Part shown: in pieces, positions 58,100 through 64,000 of the stretch
Layout of the letters: the number at the start of each line of letters is the position of its first letter
Numbering within the stretch: the first letter of the stretch is position 1
Assembly (NCBI GenBank): GCA_036012755.1
Contig: DASCPX010000246.1
Location: forward strand, 1 to 64,000
Direction: 5' to 3'
DNA length: 64,000 bases
Origin: Myxococcota bacterium
GTDB taxonomy: Bacteria; Myxococcota_A; UBA796; CAJQPC01
Translations under genes and position numbers: made by a program
The notes under the pieces: model-generated
The model's input: only the letters and a program-made list of their open reading frames with translations
Told to the model about the DNA's origin: nothing
Database searches by the model: none

Positions 58100-58929
58100 G
58101 CAAGGCAAGCACGCGGGTGCAGTTCACCCCCTACGAGATCTCCATGTGTCTCTACGACGTGCACCGCACGCGGCTGTGGAAGCAGGCCATCGAGGACCTC
58201 GTCCGACCAGGCGACGTCGTGGTGGACGCGGGCGCCGGCACCGGGATCCTCAGCGTCTTCGCGGCGCTGGATGGAGCCGCTCGGGTACACGCCGTCGAGC
58301 TGCACCCGCGCTTCGTCGCGTTGATCGAGCACATGGCTGCGAGGAACGGACTCAGCGACCGCGTCCACGTGCACCACGCCGACGCCAGCCAGCTGGAGCT
58401 GCCCGAGCCTGCCGATCTGCTGATCTGCGAGCTCCTCTGCACGGGCCAGTTCTTCGAGCCCGAGGTGCAGGTGATCAACCACCTACGGCAGTTCCTGGCC
58501 CCAGGAGGCCGGATCCTGCCCCGAAAGGTGGAGTCCTTCCTCCAGCTCCTGGACGCACAGGAGGAGCTCTACGGCGTGCGCATCGACACCGACAGCCGCT
58601 CTGATCTGCTGGCCGGCGACGAGCCGGTGTCCACCAGGACCCTCTACGACGTCATCGACCTGACCCAGCCCGTCGAGCCCGCTCGCGTCGACACCAGCGT
58701 GGTCGTGCGCGCCCGCAAGACACGGGTGGCCGACGCCGTGGTCATCACGAGCCGCGCCTGGCTGACAGAGGACCTCGTCACGGAGCGCACTCGCTTCCTC
58801 TACAACCCAGAGGTCATCTTCCTGAAGGAGCCTGTGCACCTGGTAGAGGACGAGACCTACAGGGTCGACATCGCCTACGACTACGGCTGCGACACCCTCG
58901 ACGTGGAGCTGGCGGTCACACCGGCCTGA
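58096..58929 (+). CDS. Class I SAM methyltransferase, PRMT-like
   Basis: D..RT..WKQAI, VVDAGAGTGILS, VHAVE, DLLICELLCTGQFFE, FLAPGGRILP; beta-rich C-terminal domain. Confidence 0.85.
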   Translation: MSKASTRVQFTPYEISMCLYDVHRTRLWKQAIEDLVRPGDVVVDAGAGTGILSVFAALDGAARVHAVELHPRFVALIEHMAARNGLSDRVHVHHADASQLELPEPADLLICELLCTGQFFEPEVQVINHLRQFLAPGGRILPRKVESFLQLLDAQEELYGVRIDTDSRSDLLAGDEPVSTRTLYDVIDLTQPVEPARVDTSVVVRARKTRVADAVVITSRAWLTEDLVTERTRFLYNPEVIFLKEPVHLVEDETYRVDIAYDYGCDTLDVELAVTPA

Positions 58930-58933
58930 GTGC

Positions 58934-60484
58934 CTACCACCCGGCGTCGGTGCCCAGCGGTGCGTCGCCGTAGCGCACCCGCCGTCGAGCATCGAAGGGC
59001 CCCTCCAGCACGGTCCATCCCTCCCGCGGCACCTCCAACAGGACGCTGTCCACCTGCTCCGCCGCGCCGAGCCCGACGTGAGCGATCGGCGGAGCCCAGA
59101 CGCCGTACCCCGGCTCGTCGGTGATCAGGACCGTGCGGGTCACACCTCCTGCCTCCACGTGGGCGATGCTGCCGGTCGGGGCCTCGATCTCCAGCCAGTT
59201 CTCAGCCGTGCAGCCATCGGACATCATCAACCAACCCCCGTGCGACATCTCCCCGGCCAGCACGTCCAGGACCCCGTCGCCGTTGAAGTCCCGGGCCAGC
59301 ACCGCTCGGGCGCCAGTCACCTGGGGAAACCCCAGCGCCTCGCTCTGGTCGGTCCACACGCCGTCCGACCCGCGGACGCCGACGAAGAAGGGCCAGTAGA
59401 CCGGGTCGAAGCCCACGAAGTCGCCAGTGCCCGCCACGATCTCCACGGTGCCGTCGTTGTCCAGGTCGGCCATGGCGCTGCCCCAGACCATCTGACCTTC
59501 CGCCAACGGCTCCAGCATCGCGTTGCTGGTGTCCACCCAGTCGTCGCCCATGCGCGTCAGGATCAAGTGTTCCCCGGTCGCCCCGAGGTACATGTCCAAC
59601 ACGCCGTCCTCGCTGAAGTCCGCGAAGCTGACGCTCATGCACCCCAACCGGCAGTCGGATCCCCGGCCGCCCACCGCATCGAGGCCGCCCTGGCCGTCGT
59701 TCTGGATAAGGGTGTTGGGGCCGACATAGCCCCGGTCGTTGCACTCGTAGACGTCCAGATCTCCGTCTCCGTCCAGGTCCAGGGTCACCGCGTCGAAGCT
59801 CATCCCCCAGCGGTCGGCCTCTCCCCCAGCCAGCGTGGGCTCGGGGTCGAAGTCCCCCCCCTCGTTCCAGAACACCCCTGATCGGTTGTCCTCGTTGACC
59901 TGGGTGCCGTCGTTGAAGCCAGCGAAGATGTCGGCGTCGCCGTCCTGGTCGAGGTCGACCACCAGCACCTCGAAGATGGCCCGGCCAGCCGACCAGGTGC
60001 CGTATTCGACGAGCACCTCCTCACGCTGGTCATCGGTGCCCCATGCATAGACCAGGACCAGCCCCTCCCCGGCCAGCACGAGGTCCGGGCGGCCGTCCCC
60101 GTCCAGGTCGCCCGAGGCCATCGTCAGGAAGGTCAGGCTGTACGACTCGGTGTCCCACTCGCCGCTCTCCAGCTCCACCCAGGCCAGACCCCTGTCGAAA
60201 GTCGTGAACACCAGGCGGTCCCCGACCATCGCCACCTCGCCCCGCTCGTCCAAGAAGGCGTTCTCGGGGGGGACAGGCAGGCGGTCGCTCTGGTCGGAAT
60301 AGCTCAAGGCGACCGGCTCCGGACAGTCCTGCAGGGGGCCGAGGGTCCAGGTGCCCGTGGCGCGCGGTCCAGCGTCTTCCGGCGCGCTGGTGTCCTGCGG
60401 GTGGCAGTCTCCGTCTTCGCCGAGCGCGAAGCCCGGGGGACACCACCCGGACGAACAGGCGAAGATGGAGAGAAGGCAGATCAA
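58934..60484 (-). CDS. CRTAC1/ASPIC-UnbV-like FG-GAP (VCBS) repeat lipoprotein
   Basis: DLDGDGRPDL, DLDQDGDAD, DLDNDG, DFNGDG repeats; NWLEI..AHVGLG..VDSV ASPIC-like C-terminus; IFAC lipobox. Start approximate. Confidence 0.82.
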   Translation of the reverse strand: MICLLSIFACSSGWCPPGFALGEDGDCHPQDTSAPEDAGPRATGTWTLGPLQDCPEPVALSYSDQSDRLPVPPENAFLDERGEVAMVGDRLVFTTFDRGLAWVELESGEWDTESYSLTFLTMASGDLDGDGRPDLVLAGEGLVLVYAWGTDDQREEVLVEYGTWSAGRAIFEVLVVDLDQDGDADIFAGFNDGTQVNEDNRSGVFWNEGGDFDPEPTLAGGEADRWGMSFDAVTLDLDGDGDLDVYECNDRGYVGPNTLIQNDGQGGLDAVGGRGSDCRLGCMSVSFADFSEDGVLDMYLGATGEHLILTRMGDDWVDTSNAMLEPLAEGQMVWGSAMADLDNDGTVEIVAGTGDFVGFDPVYWPFFVGVRGSDGVWTDQSEALGFPQVTGARAVLARDFNGDGVLDVLAGEMSHGGWLMMSDGCTAENWLEIEAPTGSIAHVEAGGVTRTVLITDEPGYGVWAPPIAHVGLGAAEQVDSVLLEVPREGWTVLEGPFDARRRVRYGDAPLGTDAGW

Positions 60485-60528
60485 CAGAGCGCCGAGGATA
60501 CGCCTCTGTCTCGTCAGAGTCCCTTTCT

Positions 60529-61230
60529 TTAGGCTTCCTCGGCGTCCAGGATGCGCCCGATCCGCAGAAAGACCTGTCGCGACATCAGCATGTCGAGGTG
60601 ACCAGCGCCCTCGAGGAGGATCTCCTCGCCGAATCCCAGCGCGTTTGTGCCCGGGAGCACCATCAGGTCCTCTGTCCCGGCGAAGCTGACGCAGCGCACT
60701 CCCTCCGGAGCTGGCAGCGAGTTCAGGTTGCTCAGGAAGGGGCCGTCCGGCTTGAGTTGGGAGACCAGTTGGGTGGGCATCCACGCCACCGCGTGGCTGC
60801 CGAGGTGTGGCGTGCCGAGGGTGATCAGCGTGTCCACCCTCCGGTCCCCGCCCAGCATCTGCAGGTAGACCCGGCTGACGAGCCCGCCCATCGAGTGCGC
60901 GACGAGGGTGATGCGCCCCCCCTTGATGTGCTCGTCCAGGTGCCGTTTGAGCTCCAGGCCCTTGGCCTCGATCGAGGCGGTGCTCCGGTAGTTGTAGGCG
61001 TACTGCCGACTGTAGCCACGCCACCTCAGGAAGCCCTGCAAGGGGAAGAACTGAGCCCGGTTTCCGGCGAGGCCGTGCACGAAGACGACCGTGTGGATGT
61101 CCTTTGCCCGCTCGGACCGGTGGCGACTCGGCAGGAACCCGAAGAGGTAGATCAGGCCGTGACCGAGGGTGGCAGCCGTCTCGCGGAGCAGGCCCTTGCG
61201 CACTTCGGCAGCGTCGTAGTCGTTGCGCAT
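60529..61230 (-). CDS. Alpha/beta-fold lipase/esterase
   Basis: VFVHG, AHSMGG, LGTPHLGS, DLMV, GH. Confidence 0.9.
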   Translation of the reverse strand: MRNDYDAAEVRKGLLRETAATLGHGLIYLFGFLPSRHRSERAKDIHTVVFVHGLAGNRAQFFPLQGFLRWRGYSRQYAYNYRSTASIEAKGLELKRHLDEHIKGGRITLVAHSMGGLVSRVYLQMLGGDRRVDTLITLGTPHLGSHAVAWMPTQLVSQLKPDGPFLSNLNSLPAPEGVRCVSFAGTEDLMVLPGTNALGFGEEILLEGAGHLDMLMSRQVFLRIGRILDAEEA

Positions 61231-61277
61231 GTCCCTTCATAAGGGCTGTGCCACCCTCTGGTGAGGAGGTCCGAGCA

Positions 61278-62246
61278 TTGAGAGCGCTCGTCACAGGCGG
61301 CTCCGGCTTCATCGGGTCCCACGTGGTGCGCGCGCTGCTCGAGGCCGGTCGGCGTGTCAGGGTGCTCCACCTGCCTGGTGACCCGTGCAGCAACCTGGCA
61401 GGGCTCGACGTGGAGCGGGTGCCCGGAGATCTGCGGTGGGATCCGATCCCGGTCGAGGGCTGTGAGCTGGTCTTCCACCTGGCAGCGGTCTACAGCCTCT
61501 GGCTTCCGGATCCTGGTCTCTTCGAGGCGGTCAACGTCGAGGGGACCCGGCGCGTCCTGCAGGCGGCGGCGCGGGTCGGTGCCCGGGTAGTCCACACGAG
61601 CTCGATCGCGGTCTTCGGAGGCCAGGGACAGACCGCGGAGGCCAACGAGGACAGCCCGTTTCGCCTCGGCATGGACCACTACTGCTGCTCCAAGGAGCGC
61701 TCCCACCGCCTGGCCGAGGAGCACGGAGCCGTGATCGTGGCCCCCGCGGTGCCGATCGGTCCCGGCGACCTGGCCCCCACACCTACGGGGAGGATCCTCG
61801 TCGAGGCCGCTCGCCTGCCGGTCGTCCCGGTCACCCGGGGCGAGATGAACTTCGTCGATGTGCGCGACGTCGCCCGCTGGCATGTCCTGGCGGCGGACCG
61901 CGGCGAGGCTGGCCAGAGCTACATCCTCGGGGGCGCCAACCACGCACTGATCGACGTGGCGCGAGCCGCCCGAGAGGTGCTCGGACGCCGGACGGTGCTC
62001 TTGGAGTTGCCCCCGCGGGCCCTGCTCCCGGCAGCCCATTGCATGATCTTGCGAGCGCGCTTGACCGGCCGCCCGCCGCCCTTCACGCCCGCCACCCTGG
62101 CCATCGCCGAGCTGGGGCTGCGAGCGAACTGCTCACGCGCACACGGCCTCCTCGGCCCGCCTTGTTTCGCCATGGAGCGGTCGGTCGCCGACGCCCTCGC
62201 CTGGTTCGCTCAGGCCGGGACGATCGTCGCGAACAGTCCGCCGTAG
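61278..62246 (+). CDS. NAD-dependent epimerase/dehydratase (HpnA/dihydroflavonol reductase-like)
   Basis: GAGGAGG ribosome-binding site; VTGGSGFIG, FHLAA, HTSS, YCCSK, GPGD..PTPTG, VDVRDVA. Confidence 0.9.
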   Translation: MRALVTGGSGFIGSHVVRALLEAGRRVRVLHLPGDPCSNLAGLDVERVPGDLRWDPIPVEGCELVFHLAAVYSLWLPDPGLFEAVNVEGTRRVLQAAARVGARVVHTSSIAVFGGQGQTAEANEDSPFRLGMDHYCCSKERSHRLAEEHGAVIVAPAVPIGPGDLAPTPTGRILVEAARLPVVPVTRGEMNFVDVRDVARWHVLAADRGEAGQSYILGGANHALIDVARAAREVLGRRTVLLELPPRALLPAAHCMILRARLTGRPPPFTPATLAIAELGLRANCSRAHGLLGPPCFAMERSVADALAWFAQAGTIVANSPP

Positions 62247-63550
62247 CGATCGAGGGTCTTCTGCCAGGTGGAGTCTGGCGAGCGGGCGTAGAAACCCGCC
62301 AACTCCTCGTGGCTGTCCTCGGACACCAGGATCCGCTCTCCGGTCCTCTGGGCGACGTCAGCGCAGAAGAAGCCGACCTTGAGGCGGTCGCAGCTCTCGA
62401 CGTAGCGGGCGTAGATGTCCTCGAAGGGCTCATCCAGCAGGTTCCCCAGCGCTGCCTTCGAGATGCACACCGTGACGTTGCCGGCGATGTCGACGTTGAG
62501 CAGCTTCCCACCGGCCCCCGCGCAGCCGAGGAAGGTGTCGATGGTGCCGAAGAGGAGGGCCACCGGGCGGCCCAGCTCCCGGCCGGTCTCGACGATGCGC
62601 TCGGCGACCTCGTGGCACTCCTCTGGTCGGCTGAAGCTGTCCACCTGGACTCCGCGCCCCGTCGCCAGCTGAGGGATGAAGTTCACGGCCACGCCGGGGT
62701 GGATGCCCTCGACGAAGCGCAGGAAGTCCGCGATCCGTGCTCGATTGCGGAAGCGCTGGCGGCCCACCACGCAGTTGACGTAGGTGAGCATGCCGGCCCG
62801 GGCGGAGCGGCGCAGAGCGGAGGTAGCCGCCTCGAAGGCACCCTCGAACCCGCGGACTCGATCGAAGGCGGCAGCGTCGGCGCCGTCCAGGCTCACGAAG
62901 ATCCCGGTCAGCCCAGCCTCCTCGAGCTCCGCCAGGCGCCGGTCGTCAAGGCCCAGGCCTGTCGTGAACATGCGCACCTCCGAGCCCGCAGAGAGGACAC
63001 GCACGGCCTTTTTGAGGCGGCTGTACCGGGTCAGCGGCTCGCCCCCGGAGATGTTCACCACCGGGACCCTCAAGCGAGCGACCTGGCGCGCCACCTCGAG
63101 CACAGCCTGATCACCGATGTCCTGGACTTCGCCGGCGGAGGCCCCTGCGTAGCAGTAGTCGCAGGTGCAGGGGCAGGCCCCGGTGAGGGAGAAATACAAC
63201 ACGTTGGGCCCCTGGCCGGGCAGGGCGAAGCGGCGCAGGGCCTCGTCGAAGTGCGGCCCGTCGAAGCGGGGCATGAAGATGTGCGGGAAGAGACCGTGGC
63301 GGCCTCGTAGCATCGACGCCGAGCCGAAGTGGCGGCAGGTGATCTCCATGAGGATGGCCCCGGCCAGGGCATTGCGGGCTGTGTCCGTGATCTCGGAGGG
63401 GCGCTGGTGGAGCTCCCGCAGCGCCTTCCTGGCGACGTGGGTGGCGAGCAAGGCGCGGGCGGCGAGCGGGCGGTCTGGGATGCCCGTCAGGGGCAGCCCC
63501 AGCAGAAGACGCGCCGTACGGTTCGGGGGAGAGGGATGCACGTCTCCCAT
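62210..63550 (-). CDS. Radical SAM protein with a Twitch/SPASM-like C-terminus
   Basis: CPCTCDYC, SGGEP, VSLDG, GCAGAG..NVD..GNV.VC...GNL. Confidence 0.88.
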   Translation of the reverse strand: MGDVHPSPPNRTARLLLGLPLTGIPDRPLAARALLATHVARKALRELHQRPSEITDTARNALAGAILMEITCRHFGSASMLRGRHGLFPHIFMPRFDGPHFDEALRRFALPGQGPNVLYFSLTGACPCTCDYCYAGASAGEVQDIGDQAVLEVARQVARLRVPVVNISGGEPLTRYSRLKKAVRVLSAGSEVRMFTTGLGLDDRRLAELEEAGLTGIFVSLDGADAAAFDRVRGFEGAFEAATSALRRSARAGMLTYVNCVVGRQRFRNRARIADFLRFVEGIHPGVAVNFIPQLATGRGVQVDSFSRPEECHEVAERIVETGRELGRPVALLFGTIDTFLGCAGAGGKLLNVDIAGNVTVCISKAALGNLLDEPFEDIYARYVESCDRLKVGFFCADVAQRTGERILVSEDSHEELAGFYARSPDSTWQKTLDRYGGLFATIVPA

Positions 63551-63576
63551 CGTACAGACGACGAACTGGCAGACGA

Positions 63577-63605
63577 AGGTCGCCCCTGCGAAGCAGAAGC
63601 GACCT
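63577..63605. other. Stem-loop in a divergent intergenic region
   Basis: AGGTCGC-CC-CTGC-GAA-GCAG-AA-GCGACCT; forms a 13-bp stem on the minus strand with G-U pairs. Confidence 0.6.
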
Positions 63606-63637
63606 CGACACCTATACTCCCGGCCGGAGGTGCCCCC

Positions 63638-64000
63638 ATGTGGCTGTTGTGTGCCTTGGCTCTGGCAGATGAAGGGATGTGGCTCCCCGAACAGATCCCT
63701 GCGATGTCCGATGACCTCGCGACCATGGGGCTCCGCATACCGGCCAACGAGGTCGCGGACCCGCAAGGGGACCTGCTCGGCTCGATCGTGTCACTCGGCC
63801 ACTGCACCGCGAGCTTCGTCTCCGAGACCGGGCTGATCCTCACCGCCGCGCACTGCGTCAGCGGCTACCTCCAGCAGGCAGAGCTGGCCGACGAGGACCT
63901 TCGTCGTGACGGCTACATCGCAGCCTACGGCGGCGCCGAGGCCTCGGCCGGACCGGGCGCCCATCTCTACGTCACCGAGCGCATCGAGGACGTCACCGAA
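63638..64000 (+). CDS. S46-family dipeptidyl peptidase, 3'-truncated by the window edge (not in the ORF track)
   Basis: TATACT at 63613 and GGAGGT ribosome-binding site; translation MWLLCALALA-DEGMWLP..GHCTASFVSETGLILTAAHC. Confidence 0.9.
   Translation, partial: MWLLCALALADEGMWLPEQIPAMSDDLATMGLRIPANEVADPQGDLLGSIVSLGHCTASFVSETGLILTAAHCVSGYLQQAELADEDLRRDGYIAAYGGAEASAGPGAHLYVTERIEDVTE

Noticed and set aside
60485..61393. 819-aa version of the FG-GAP protein
   Set aside because: The extension overlaps the lipase gene in another frame; the lipobox near 60460 marks the real N-terminus.
61278..63550. Hopanoid biosynthesis cluster (HpnA-like plus radical SAM)
   Set aside because: The genes are convergent, and no squalene-hopene cyclase or squalene synthase is nearby.

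Overview
High-GC, densely coding bacterial chromosome segment, most likely from a Myxococcota-type (deltaproteobacterial) organism. That inference rests on MopE-like Asp/Cys repeats, FG-GAP repeats, MYXO-CTERM-like C-termini, a Ser/Thr kinase-FGE fusion and the lysS-lolE-lolD-bamA order. I count about 62 CDS. These include housekeeping genes (bamA, lolD/E, lysS, truB, rbfA, rpmB, pfkA, mlaE-E-F-D, murG, moaD/E, trmB, a DinG helicase), many exported proteins and lipoproteins, lipid and peptide hydrolases and three radical SAM enzymes. I found no rRNA, tRNA, CRISPR array, transposase or prophage. The most notable observations are: (1) exported proteins across the window, including BamA, have very short (7-13 aa), mostly uncharged signal peptides; (2) a coupled operon of an archaeal RaSEA-like radical SAM enzyme and a PRMT-like methyltransferase; (3) a protein-arginine deiminase lipoprotein clustered with a HEAT protein and a surface-anchored agmatine/peptidylarginine deiminase; (4) a lipoprotein with a BPI/LBP-like signature; (5) several intact ORFs that have lost catalytic residues (biotin carboxylase, S8, M28, PrpD); (6) a hybrid kinase embedded in the Mla operon; (7) a LysR relic with an internal deletion. 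All family calls come from reading motifs by eye, with no database searches.
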